DNA of 55,265 nt from a virus. Lineage: Duplodnaviria > Caudoviricetes. The position numbers and the translations under genes are program-made. The notes beneath the pieces were generated by a model. It saw only the letters and a list, made by a program, of their open reading frames with translations, had not been told where the DNA came from and did no database searches. Location of the stretch: positions 1 to 55,265 of the IMG/VR virus record IMGVR_UViG_3300037264_004101; one strand, given 5' to 3'. Every line of letters starts with the position of its first letter. The stretch's first letter is position 1. Shown here piece by piece: positions 41,576-50,908 of the stretch.

Positions 41576-42910
41576 ATGGCTCTCGCGGATATCGTCAACG
41601 TTCAGATCAGCAAGCAGACTGCCTCGGTTGCTCGCACAGGCTTCGGCACGCCGCTGGTCATGTCTCACGAGGCCAGGCTCTTGGCAGCCTTCGCAGGTAT
41701 CTTGGCGAAGGAGTACACCGAGATAAGCCAGCTCGCGACAGACCTGTTCTCGACCACCGGACCGACCTACACCATCGCGAACGCCATTTTTTCTCAGAAC
41801 CCCAAGGTCGACAAGATCGTCATCGGCAAGCGCACGTCCATCAACTTCCAGCGCATCAATCTGACTGTCGCCGCCGTCCGAAACTCCACCGCCTACTCTG
41901 TCATCATTACGGGCACGACCGTCACCTTCACTTCCGACGCTTCAGCCACGACAGCGGAGATTGTCGCCGGCTTGGTGACAGCCATCAACGCCAGCGCAGT
42001 GAGCGGAGCTGTGACGGCGACGGACGTGGCAAGTACCACTGTTCAGATCGACAGCGACGCTTCTGGTGTTTTGTTCATTCTCGAAGTCGTAGACCGTGCG
42101 TTGCTGAATCAGTTCAACGTGACGCTCGACCCCGGCATTGTCGCCGACTTCAACGCCATCCGTACCGACCCCACGGGCAACGACGATTGGTATGTCGTGG
42201 TCATCGACAATCCCGGCGCAGCCGAGATTCAAGCTCTGGCCACAGCCGTCGAGGCCATCCCGCGCATGTTCGCCGCCACCTCTGGCGACAGCGACATTCT
42301 CACGGCTGCCACGACCGACGTGGCCAGCGACCTGCAGCTAGCGGCGTACGCTCGGACGTTCCTGCTATACCACCCGCAGCCGTTCAAGGGAGCTGGCGCA
42401 GCTTGGGCCGGCAGAGTGCTCCCGTTTGACCCCGGCTCCTCGACGTGGAAGTTCAAGACGCTGGCAGGCATCGAGGTCTACACGCTCACTCCGACCGAGC
42501 GGACGAACGCTCTTGGCAAGAACGCGAACATCTATGAACGCGTGGCTGGCAGGAACATCACAGGCGAAGGCGTGACGAGTAGCGGCGAGTTCATTGACAT
42601 CACCCACTTCATCGACTTCATCACGGCACGTCTGATGGAGAACGTGTTCTTTCGCTTGGTCAATGCCAACAAGATTCCCTTCACTGATGCTGGCATTGCG
42701 ATCATCGAGAACGAGGTGCGCGGCGTCATGCAGCTTGGCATTTCGGTTGGAGGCTTTGCGGCGGACCCTGCTCCCGTGGTGACCGTCCCGAGGGCGAAGG
42801 ACGTGTCCTCCATCGACAAGGCCAATCGGCTCTTGCCCGATGTTACGTTCTCGGCCACGTTGGCAGGCGCCATTCACGAGGTCGAGATCAACGGCGTCGT
42901 CACGGTCTGA
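41576..42910 (+). CDS. contractile tail sheath (DUF3383-like)
   Basis: DIVNVQI, FGTPL, FSQNP, PGSSTWKFKTLAG, GEFID, KIPFTDAG and AGAIH.V. Confidence 0.88.
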   Translation: MALADIVNVQISKQTASVARTGFGTPLVMSHEARLLAAFAGILAKEYTEISQLATDLFSTTGPTYTIANAIFSQNPKVDKIVIGKRTSINFQRINLTVAAVRNSTAYSVIITGTTVTFTSDASATTAEIVAGLVTAINASAVSGAVTATDVASTTVQIDSDASGVLFILEVVDRALLNQFNVTLDPGIVADFNAIRTDPTGNDDWYVVVIDNPGAAEIQALATAVEAIPRMFAATSGDSDILTAATTDVASDLQLAAYARTFLLYHPQPFKGAGAAWAGRVLPFDPGSSTWKFKTLAGIEVYTLTPTERTNALGKNANIYERVAGRNITGEGVTSSGEFIDITHFIDFITARLMENVFFRLVNANKIPFTDAGIAIIENEVRGVMQLGISVGGFAADPAPVVTVPRAKDVSSIDKANRLLPDVTFSATLAGAIHEVEINGVVTV

Positions 42911-42925
42911 CGCGAGGAGTGAGCC

Positions 42926-43345
42926 ATGGTCAAGAGTTATAACCCTGCAGACGTGAGTATCATCTTCGCAGGCATCCCGATTGAAGGTTTCGCTGACGGC
43001 ACGTTCCTCGTGGCCGAGCGCGACAACCCTTCATTCACCAAGATGGTGGGCGCGGACGGCGAGGGAGCCAGGGCCAAAAGCAATGACACTGGCGGCACCG
43101 TGACGCTGACGCTCATGCAGACGTCACTTGCCAACGACGCTCTGTCTGCCATCGCAGCGCTCGATGAAGCCTCGGGTGATGGGGTGGGGCCGTTGTTGGT
43201 CAAGGACAACTCGGGCCGCACTCTGGTCATTGCCGAGAGCGCGTGGGTGCAGAAGCCGGCGAACGCCGAGTTCGCGCGGGAGCTTAGCAATCGAGAGTGG
43301 GTGCTGGAGAGCGACAACCTAAACATCTTCGACGGCGGCAATTGA
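42926..43345 (+). CDS. tail tube protein (DUF3277-like)
   Basis: YNPADV, IEGFADG, VGADGE and TLTLMQTS..ND; follows the sheath gene. Confidence 0.85.
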   Translation: MVKSYNPADVSIIFAGIPIEGFADGTFLVAERDNPSFTKMVGADGEGARAKSNDTGGTVTLTLMQTSLANDALSAIAALDEASGDGVGPLLVKDNSGRTLVIAESAWVQKPANAEFARELSNREWVLESDNLNIFDGGN

Positions 43346-43363
43346 TAAACCTGGGACGCACGC

Positions 43364-43846
43364 ATGAGCCAGAATGAGGGACAAACCAAGACGATCGACG
43401 GCGATACTTATCGCGTCATGCTGCTCGACCCCTTCGTGGCCACCGACATGCTTGCCGACCTGGGAGAGGTGCTAGGACCATCGCTTGCAGCGCTGGCCTC
43501 GAGCCTGGGTGGCGAGGATCAGATCAAGGCAATCGTAGACGGCACCGGCTCCGAGGCTTTGAGCTTCGGTGTGACGCTCGAGCGCGCCGTGACCGAGTTC
43601 TTCAAACGCTTCAGTAAGGCTAAGCAGCGCGAGGTCATCAACACCCTGGCCAAGGTGACCACCGTGGTCAAAGGTGTCGGCGAAGAGCCTTCTCTCGAGC
43701 GCGTCTTCGCCGTGCATTTCCGGGGGCGAATTGGCGCGTTGTATCAATGGCTCGGCTTCGCCCTGCAGGTGCAGTTCCAGGATTTTTTTTCCTCACTCGC
43801 TCCCGGTATCAGAGCCGCCGTCCTCAGGGCGGGGCTGCTCAAATAA
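43364..43846 (+). CDS. tail assembly chaperone (G)
   Basis: Between tail tube and tape measure; T8 slippery site near the 3' end. Confidence 0.8.
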   Translation: MSQNEGQTKTIDGDTYRVMLLDPFVATDMLADLGEVLGPSLAALASSLGGEDQIKAIVDGTGSEALSFGVTLERAVTEFFKRFSKAKQREVINTLAKVTTVVKGVGEEPSLERVFAVHFRGRIGALYQWLGFALQVQFQDFFSSLAPGIRAAVLRAGLLK

Positions 43847-44049
43847 CGCTTCCTCCGCATCTCTCCCGTCATGCTCACCTCTGGCGCCTCGTGCTCAGGC
43901 GCATTGCTACCTATGAGGAGCTTCGGCGATACTGGAGCCTCTGCGACGTGCTGCGGGCCAACGAGATGTTGGACGTGCAAGACGATGCCGAGTGGCTTGA
44001 GCACGAGAACGCACGTGCCAAGACTGCACGTGCTCGACGGAGGCATTGA
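43783..44049 (+). CDS. -1 frameshift extension of the tail chaperone (GT product)
   Basis: T-TTT-TTT heptamer at 43783-43789; the -1 frame stays open to 44049 (ATYEELRRYWSLCDVL...LD). Confidence 0.75.
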   Translation, partial: FFFLTRSRYQSRRPQGGAAQITLPPHLSRHAHLWRLVLRRIATYEELRRYWSLCDVLRANEMLDVQDDAEWLEHENARAKTARARRRH

Positions 44050-45656
44050 TGGCTCTGCGTGAAATCCTGGTCTCCCTCGGCTTCGACTTCGACAAGAATC
44101 AGGAGAAGCAGCTCTTTTCGACCATCGGCGCCATCAAGAAAGCTGCCATCGGCCTAGGTATAGCGTTCGGCGCAAAACAGATTGCAGACTTCGTGTCCTC
44201 CACCGTAGCAGGTGTCGCTCAAGCCGGAGACGAACTGGACGAACTGAGCCAGAAGCTGGGAGTGTCGGCGCAAGCGTTGCAGGAACTGGCACCGATTGCC
44301 GAGAAGAATGGCGCCTCCATGGGGGACCTGGCAGTCGGCCTGCGTACGCTCTCGCGCAACGCCGTTGAGGCTTCAAAGGGCTCGAAGGAGATGCGAGCAG
44401 GCTTTTCTCAACTAGGCGTCTCCGTCACCGACTCGAGCGGCAAGCTCAAGTCGGCCGAGCAGCTTCTGACCGAACTGTCAGACGGCTTCGCCGGCATGAC
44501 GGACGACATCTCTCGAACAGCCCTGGCACAACGGCTGCTCGGCAAGTCGGGAACGCAACTGATTCCTACGCTGCTGAAAGGATCGAAGGAGCTGCAGCGC
44601 CAGCGCCAGCAAGCGCACGAGCTGGGACTGGTCATGAGTGACGAGCTGCTGCGTCTTTCGAGTGACTACACCGACGCGCAGGCGGACCAGATTGCTGTGA
44701 CCAAAGGCTTGAAGCAAGTCTTCGCTCGGCAGCTCTTGCCAGCGTTCATCGCCGGCGCCAAGGCGCTTACGGCATTGCTCCTCCGAGCAAAGCCCTTGGT
44801 CTTGGTCCTTGGGCAAGGTCTGGCCACGGCTCTGACAGCAACAGCACGAGTCCTTCGTGGCTTGGGCCAGGCTGCCACTCTCGTTGCCAGAGGCATTGCA
44901 GCCCTCGGCCCTGTGCTTGGAACTCTGGTCACCATAACTGCTGCGCTCACAGCGGCAACTGCTTTGTTTGGTAGCACTGCAATCATCGCGTGGCTGAAGG
45001 CCACGGCGCCCTTGCTGCTGTTCATCGTGCTCCTCGGCATCATCATCGCGGCCATCGTTCTGGTTATCGAAGACCTCGTTGCCATGGGCGACGGCATGGA
45101 GTCCGTGTCTGGAGCCATGGTCGAAGGTTTTCAAGCCCTGGTCGAGGAGCTGGGGTCGATACCGGCAGCCATCGGCGCCATGCTGAAGGAGGCCATGGTC
45201 TTCTGGCTGGACTTCTTCGGCATGACGCGCCAGGGCGCCGAGGACATGGTGTCGAGCATCATCCAGTTCTTCGTCGGCATGTTCAAGACGCTGAACGAAG
45301 GCTTCGACACGGCGGTCAAGTTCTGGGCAAATCTCATTCAGGACTTCTTCGCGGGCTTGGTAGCCCGGTTCCAGAAGGTGGCAGGATTCGTGTCCGGTCT
45401 GATGGGAGGAGGAGCTGCAGCGGGAGGACTGACCACGGCTGCACCTCTGGTGGGAGGTGGCGGCACGAGCAGTTCCACTATTGTGAACCAGCCTCGCACC
45501 GAGGTCACGGTGAGCGTGGATGCCTCGGGGGGAGCCATGAATCCCGTCGAAATTGGCGGCGCCGTGCGGCGTGAGATAGACGCTGCTCTTGAGGCCAGGG
45601 ACCGCCAGACCGCACAGGCGCTCGGTGTAGCTGTGCCCGCCTTGGCAGGAGGCTGA
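44049..45656 (+). CDS. tape measure protein
   Basis: REILVSLGF start, Ala/Gly/Leu-rich helical sequence with hydrophobic segments. Confidence 0.85.
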   Translation: MALREILVSLGFDFDKNQEKQLFSTIGAIKKAAIGLGIAFGAKQIADFVSSTVAGVAQAGDELDELSQKLGVSAQALQELAPIAEKNGASMGDLAVGLRTLSRNAVEASKGSKEMRAGFSQLGVSVTDSSGKLKSAEQLLTELSDGFAGMTDDISRTALAQRLLGKSGTQLIPTLLKGSKELQRQRQQAHELGLVMSDELLRLSSDYTDAQADQIAVTKGLKQVFARQLLPAFIAGAKALTALLLRAKPLVLVLGQGLATALTATARVLRGLGQAATLVARGIAALGPVLGTLVTITAALTAATALFGSTAIIAWLKATAPLLLFIVLLGIIIAAIVLVIEDLVAMGDGMESVSGAMVEGFQALVEELGSIPAAIGAMLKEAMVFWLDFFGMTRQGAEDMVSSIIQFFVGMFKTLNEGFDTAVKFWANLIQDFFAGLVARFQKVAGFVSGLMGGGAAAGGLTTAAPLVGGGGTSSSTIVNQPRTEVTVSVDASGGAMNPVEIGGAVRREIDAALEARDRQTAQALGVAVPALAGG

Positions 45657-45657
45657 C

Positions 45658-46245
45658 ATGGGCGTCTTCGGCCAGTTCCGTTCGACCGTCGCCATTGTTG
45701 ACAACGAGTTTGTGGACGTGCTCACGTTCGACGCCTTGGTGTCGGCGAGCTACACGGGCAACGCCCAGGTGACCGATCATCCGGTCGAGGGCGTGACGGA
45801 CATCACCGATCACATTCGGGCGTTACCGAAGGAGCTGCAGATCCGGGGCATCGTGTCGAATCACCCGGTCATGTTCCTGGCTTCGTTCCGAGCGCTGCCG
45901 TCGGTGCCGGGAACGGACCCCGCGACACGCGCCGAGGCCGCCTTCTTGTTTCTCGAGCAGGCCAAAGACCAGGGCAAGCTGATGCACGTGAGCACGAGCC
46001 TGTTCGATTACACGAACATGGCAATCACGTCGCTGTCGGTATCGCGTGACAAGGACACGTCGAACATTGTGGATATCTCCATGACGTTGCGGGAGGTGCT
46101 GATAGCCACTACCGAGCTTGTGCTGGCGCCGGAGATCGGCAAGCCGACAAGCCTTGGCAAACAGACCAAGAAGGCTGCGCCTGCTCCCATAGCAGCAAAG
46201 GCGCAGAGCATCTTGGCCAAACTCTTCGGAGCCTTCGGAGGCTGA
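45658..46245 (+). CDS. baseplate/tube initiator (Dit-like)
   Basis: VTDHPVEG..ITDH...P and Y.NMAI.SL motifs. Confidence 0.75.
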   Translation: MGVFGQFRSTVAIVDNEFVDVLTFDALVSASYTGNAQVTDHPVEGVTDITDHIRALPKELQIRGIVSNHPVMFLASFRALPSVPGTDPATRAEAAFLFLEQAKDQGKLMHVSTSLFDYTNMAITSLSVSRDKDTSNIVDISMTLREVLIATTELVLAPEIGKPTSLGKQTKKAAPAPIAAKAQSILAKLFGAFGG

Positions 46246-46246
46246 C

Positions 46247-46576
46247 ATGGCGACCGTCTTCGAGATGCCGTTGAGCACGACCTTGGCTGCTTACAGCCTG
46301 GAGACGCCCTTGGATGGCAAGCTCTTTCGCTTTCAGTTCAAGTTCAACGTGCGCGATTCATTCTGGTACATGGAGTTGAGCAATGGTCTGACAGGCGAGC
46401 TGCTGCGCGCCGGCATCAAGCTCGTATCACAATGGGATCTTCTTCGGCTGTATCAAGATCCCACACGGCCGGCTGGCCAGCTTGTCCCCGTGCCTCAAGG
46501 CGAGCCGGGTATGGAGGCGACGGTGCTGGGCCAGCTCGGCAAGGATGTGCTGCTCACCTATACGGGAAAAACCTGA
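46247..46576 (+). CDS. baseplate protein
   Basis: LDG..F.F.F.FN.R..FWYM...GIKLV; position in the baseplate module. Confidence 0.7.
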   Translation: MATVFEMPLSTTLAAYSLETPLDGKLFRFQFKFNVRDSFWYMELSNGLTGELLRAGIKLVSQWDLLRLYQDPTRPAGQLVPVPQGEPGMEATVLGQLGKDVLLTYTGKT

Positions 46577-46579
46577 GCC

Positions 46580-47425
46580 GTGGGGGATCTGTTCCATCGC
46601 GATGCCGTGCTCACCGTGAGCGGCATTCGCATCTCTGCTCAAAATGCTGCGACCAAGGAGTTGCAGCCCATGCTTCGGTTCATCTTCAAGGTTGTGAAGA
46701 CGCTCTCCAAGGAGCCGAACACGGCCGAGGTGAGCATTTACAATCTGAGTGCCAGCAATCGCGCCAGGCTGCAGACGAAGAACCTTCCAGTCTCACTCGA
46801 CGTCGGCTACGTCGGCAACGTGCATCAAATTTTCTCCGGCGTGCTCCAATACGGTCAATCGTCACAGCAAGGCACTGATTGGGTAACCACGATGCAGAGT
46901 GCCGACGGTGCCCAGCAGTTCAAGTCGGCGCGCATCAACGTAGGCCTCAAAGGCCCGGTGAGCGTCACGCAAGCGCTCAATACTGTGGCTGAAGCTCTTG
47001 GCGTGCCTCTTGGGAACGTCGCCGAGAAGGCTGCGGCCGGGTCGCAACGACCTTCGCTGACTCAGTTCGTCAAGGGCTTGGTGCTGTCGGGCAAGGCCGA
47101 GGAGCAGCTCGACAAGGTGGTCAAGTCGCTTGGTTACTCGTGGTCGCTGCAGGATGGCGCCTTGCAGATACTCGGTCCGAAAGAGACAGTCAGCGGCCAG
47201 GTCATCTCCCTCGAAGTCGGAACCGGCTTGGTGGGTTCCCCCCAGCTCGGCGAAGACGGCGCGGTGAAAGCCCGGTCCTTGATGCAGACCGACCTGCTTC
47301 CCGGCCGGCGCGTCCAGATTCTTTCCCGGCTCGTGAACGGCTTCTTCCGCATAGAGAAGGTCACGTTCGAGGGCGATACCTGGGGCGTGCCCTGGTACGC
47401 CGACATCGAGGCAAAGCCGATATGA
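46580..47425 (+). CDS. baseplate hub protein
   Basis: EPNTAEVSIYNLS, GY.G, IFSG, WSLQDG.L and TGLVGSP. Confidence 0.78.
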   Translation: MGDLFHRDAVLTVSGIRISAQNAATKELQPMLRFIFKVVKTLSKEPNTAEVSIYNLSASNRARLQTKNLPVSLDVGYVGNVHQIFSGVLQYGQSSQQGTDWVTTMQSADGAQQFKSARINVGLKGPVSVTQALNTVAEALGVPLGNVAEKAAAGSQRPSLTQFVKGLVLSGKAEEQLDKVVKSLGYSWSLQDGALQILGPKETVSGQVISLEVGTGLVGSPQLGEDGAVKARSLMQTDLLPGRRVQILSRLVNGFFRIEKVTFEGDTWGVPWYADIEAKPI

Positions 47426-48120
47426 CGACAGCTTCCGTCTCCCGTTCGCCCACGGCTGCCGAGGTGCTGAGATTGGCCATCTCGGGAGCGCTCGAGAACG
47501 TCCACGTGGCGCTGCCGGGACGCATCGAGGAATGGGATCCTGCTCAACAAAAGGCCTCGGTCAAACCTCTCGTTAAGCGCTTGATTGCGGCCGAGGACGG
47601 CGAGGAGATTCTTGAAGAACTGCCGGTTCTGACAGACGTGCCGGTTCTGTTCCCCCGCTCGAGCGAGTTCTTCCTATCCCTCCCGCTTGCGCCGGGGGAC
47701 TTCGTGCTCTTGGTCTTTTGCGAGCGGTCTATCGACGCTTGGACGGCGGGCTCGGGTGATGACACGGACCCGAACGACTTTCGCCGGCATGACCTCTCCG
47801 ATGCCGTAGCGCTCCCAGGCTTCTACCCCTTCGCCAAGGCCCTGGCCGACGTCAGCGCCTCAACAATGGCCCTGGGCAAGACCGGAGGTCCCCAGGTTCA
47901 CGTGGATGGCGCTGCGGTGCACTTGGGTGCGTATCCAGCCACGGATTTCGTGGCTCTAGCAGCCGCAACCGAGGCACGACTGACCGCTCTTGAGGTGGCG
48001 CTGGGAGCAGGAGGTCACACGCACGCAGGCGTTGCGCCAGGACCAGGAGTCACAGGCCCGCCCTTGCCGCCCGTGGTACCAGGGAGCCCCGTGGCTGCCA
48101 CGAAGGCAAAAGCCACCTAG
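47422..48120 (+). CDS. baseplate central spike (Gp138-like)
   Basis: HVALPGRI, DVPVLFP, GD.VLLVFCERSID.W and RRHDLSDA; C-terminal HTH (HxH metal-tip motif). Confidence 0.82.
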   Translation: MTTASVSRSPTAAEVLRLAISGALENVHVALPGRIEEWDPAQQKASVKPLVKRLIAAEDGEEILEELPVLTDVPVLFPRSSEFFLSLPLAPGDFVLLVFCERSIDAWTAGSGDDTDPNDFRRHDLSDAVALPGFYPFAKALADVSASTMALGKTGGPQVHVDGAAVHLGAYPATDFVALAAATEARLTALEVALGAGGHTHAGVAPGPGVTGPPLPPVVPGSPVAATKAKAT

Positions 48121-48153
48121 CCTCACGACAGACGTTGAGGTAGGCTGGCGACC

Positions 48154-48522
48154 GTGGCTGACCTCGCTCTCGACCCCGCGACAGGCGACATCGACCTGAC
48201 GGCGCAGAAGCTGCACCTGGTCGATGGCGACGATGCGATTGTCCAGCACGTGGCCTTGAGACTGCGCATGTTCCGAGGCGAATGGTTCTTGGACTCCACG
48301 GTCGGGATGCCGTACTACGAACGAGTCCTGGTCAAAAACCCTGACTTGGTGGCAGTCCGTAGCGCCTTTCGCCAAGCCATTGCCTCCACCCCCGGTATTG
48401 CGTCCATCGACAAATTCGACTTGGCGCTCGACTCCACAATCCGCAAGCTGACCGTGACATTCACTGCGACGAAGCAAGAAGGCGGAACCTTGGACTTCAC
48501 GCGGGAGTTCGTGATCGCATGA
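48154..48522 (+). CDS. gp25-like sheath initiator/baseplate wedge protein
   Basis: RLRMFRGEWFLDSTVGMPY. Confidence 0.8.
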   Translation: MADLALDPATGDIDLTAQKLHLVDGDDAIVQHVALRLRMFRGEWFLDSTVGMPYYERVLVKNPDLVAVRSAFRQAIASTPGIASIDKFDLALDSTIRKLTVTFTATKQEGGTLDFTREFVIA

Positions 48523-50345
48523 GCAGCTATGGCGTTGTTCCAGAGGGATTCAGAGAGAAGACGCTGGATGTCATCCTCAACGAGCTGAGCGAAGCCGAGC
48601 GCACGGCCTTTGGTGCGAACATCGACACCGATGCCGACAGCGTGCTTGGCCATATCAACGGCCTTCTCGGCGACCAGATAGCACAGCTCTGGGAAGTTGC
48701 TCTGGCGGTCTATCGGTCGCTCTATCCCGACTCGGCTTCTGCCGAGGCGCTGGACAACGTAGCGGCGTTGACCGGCGCCGTTCGCTTGGCGCAGCAGAAG
48801 TCCACGGTGCTCCTCAAGCTCAACACCAATAATGGAACCGTTCTGCCGGCCGGTCGTGTGGTATCCGTAGGGGCCGACGGCACGCAATGGCAGACCTCGG
48901 CGACCCTAACGAACGCCACGGGTGTTCAAGCCACGCTGGAAGTGCCTGCCGAGTCCGTGAGCTTCGGTCCGATCGTCGGCAACGCTTACGCTATCGACAC
49001 CATTCAGACGCCTGTCGCCGGCTGGTCGGCACGTGCTCCCGTCGACAACGAGAACGTCTCTCCCTTTGTGCTGGCCAATGGGCAGACGCTCATTGTCGCC
49101 GCTGACGGCGGTGCGGATCAGACTGTGACGTTCTTGACCGCTGACTTCGCAGCCATCGGCGCCGCCACACACACCGAGGTTGCGGCCAAGCTCAACGCCG
49201 TGCTGACCGGCATCACGACCTTCGCACAGGCTACCGGCAAGCTGCGCGTGTTCTCGAACACCTTCGGTGCGGGCTCTTCGATTCAGATCAAGGGCGGCAC
49301 GTCGAACGCCGCTCTGGGCTTCACGCGCGAGCTGCACAAAGGCTTCAACTGGAATCAGTCGGCCAAGCACCTGAGCAGTAGTTCGGAGAACTACGCTCTG
49401 GCCAATGGTCAGACACTCACGGTGAAGGTGGACGGCGGCGGCACGCAAACCGTCACGTTTCTGACCGCTGACTTCGTAGCTATTGGCGCGGCCAAGGCGC
49501 GCGAGGTCGCGGTCAAGCTGACTGCTGTTCTCACAGGAGCGTTCGCTTACGCCGCAGCCGGCAAGGTGCTCATCGAATCGCTGACAGCAGGCGTCAACAG
49601 CTCCGTTGAAGTCACGGGCGGGACGGCAAACACCGCGCTTGGGTTCTCGCTGAACAAGGCCATAGGCGAAACGCATGACGCCATTGCCGGTCGCAATACC
49701 GAGCTCGACGCTGATTTCCGCGTGCGGCGCGAGGAGCTGCTGCGCCTTGCTGGCGTGGCCACGGTCGAGGCCATTCGCGCGGCCGTGCGAGACCTTCTAG
49801 GCGTGACGCAGGTCATCGTTTTCGAGAACGCCACGGACTCGACGGACGCGGACGGTCTACCTCCGCACTCGTTCGAGGTCGTGGTGTCGGGGGGTGACGA
49901 CACGGAGGTCGCCCAAACGATCTTCGACACCCAGGCAGCCGGCATTGCCACGCATCGCGATCCCGGAGCCAACGGGCGGACCGTGGTTATCACGGACAGC
50001 CAGAACTTCACTCACAGCATCAACTTCACCCGTCCGAGCGATTTGGATATGTGGATCGACGTCGACATTGTGATTGACGCCGAGGTGTTCGGTGGAGGCG
50101 TGACTTCGGCCGGCATAGACCAGGTGAAGGACGCGCTCAAGACCTTGGGAGATTCGCTAAGCATCGGCGATGACGTAATTGTGAATCGCTTCCTTGGCGA
50201 ACCGTTCGACGTGGCGGGCGTGATAGATGTTACGGACATCAAGATCGATGACGTGTTCCCTCCCGTCACCGGCACGAACTTCATCATCGCAGCTCGTCAG
50301 GTGGCACGGTTCTCGACGGCTCGCATCACGGTGAACGTGAGCTGA
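48519..50345 (+). CDS. baseplate J-like wedge protein with internal duplicated domain
   Basis: YGVVPEGF, ALDNVAAL.G..R, GR..E.D..FR.R, ENATD..D.DGLPPHS and I.FTRP. Confidence 0.88.
   Translation: MSSYGVVPEGFREKTLDVILNELSEAERTAFGANIDTDADSVLGHINGLLGDQIAQLWEVALAVYRSLYPDSASAEALDNVAALTGAVRLAQQKSTVLLKLNTNNGTVLPAGRVVSVGADGTQWQTSATLTNATGVQATLEVPAESVSFGPIVGNAYAIDTIQTPVAGWSARAPVDNENVSPFVLANGQTLIVAADGGADQTVTFLTADFAAIGAATHTEVAAKLNAVLTGITTFAQATGKLRVFSNTFGAGSSIQIKGGTSNAALGFTRELHKGFNWNQSAKHLSSSSENYALANGQTLTVKVDGGGTQTVTFLTADFVAIGAAKAREVAVKLTAVLTGAFAYAAAGKVLIESLTAGVNSSVEVTGGTANTALGFSLNKAIGETHDAIAGRNTELDADFRVRREELLRLAGVATVEAIRAAVRDLLGVTQVIVFENATDSTDADGLPPHSFEVVVSGGDDTEVAQTIFDTQAAGIATHRDPGANGRTVVITDSQNFTHSINFTRPSDLDMWIDVDIVIDAEVFGGGVTSAGIDQVKDALKTLGDSLSIGDDVIVNRFLGEPFDVAGVIDVTDIKIDDVFPPVTGTNFIIAARQVARFSTARITVNVS
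49071..49646 (+). repeat. duplicated domain inside baseplate J (327-nt offset)
   Basis: LANGQTL...DGG..QTVTFLTADF.AIGAA...EVA.KL.AVLTG...SS....GGT.N.ALGF starts at 49071 and 49398. Confidence 0.85.
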
Positions 50346-50348
50346 GGC

Positions 50349-50900
50349 ATGGCCGTAACCGTCAAAGACCTTCTCGAAGAAGCACGCGGGCGCGTGCTCG
50401 AGCAGCTTCGCGGAAAAATCAGCTTCGACGCGCTTTTGGAAATCTTCACGACACAGGCGACCGAGCTTCAGACCGCCTTGCTGCAAATTCTTGACGACAC
50501 GGTTATTGCCGACTCCGAGGGAGCGCAGCTCGACGGCATCGGCCGGATCGTAGGCGAGTCGCGTTTTGGACGGTCCGATGCCGACTACCGCAACGCGCTG
50601 TTGGCGCGCATCCTGTTGAACAAGTCGCGAGGTACAATCGAGGACATTCTCGGGGTTCTACTAGCCGAGCTTGACGGTGTGTTCACGCTGCAGTTCACGG
50701 AGCACGCACCGGCCGGATATCTGCTCTACGTGGTCGAAGCGATTGATCCTCTGGTGAACGACCCGGTGCGCATCGGCAACGTCATTCAACAAGCTAGAGC
50801 CGCGGGTGTAAAGGGGCACGTTCACTTCCACGTCGCCGGGCCGTTTCAATATGACGCGGGCTTAGGATTCGATGACGGCAAGTACGCCGACGTTTTTTAG
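50349..50900 (+). CDS. baseplate wedge protein (DUF2612-like)
   Basis: GAQLDGIGRIVG..R...D.DYR..L.ARI..N.S.GT and AAGV. Confidence 0.8.
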   Translation: MAVTVKDLLEEARGRVLEQLRGKISFDALLEIFTTQATELQTALLQILDDTVIADSEGAQLDGIGRIVGESRFGRSDADYRNALLARILLNKSRGTIEDILGVLLAELDGVFTLQFTEHAPAGYLLYVVEAIDPLVNDPVRIGNVIQQARAAGVKGHVHFHVAGPFQYDAGLGFDDGKYADVF

Positions 50901-50908
50901 GAGCTACG

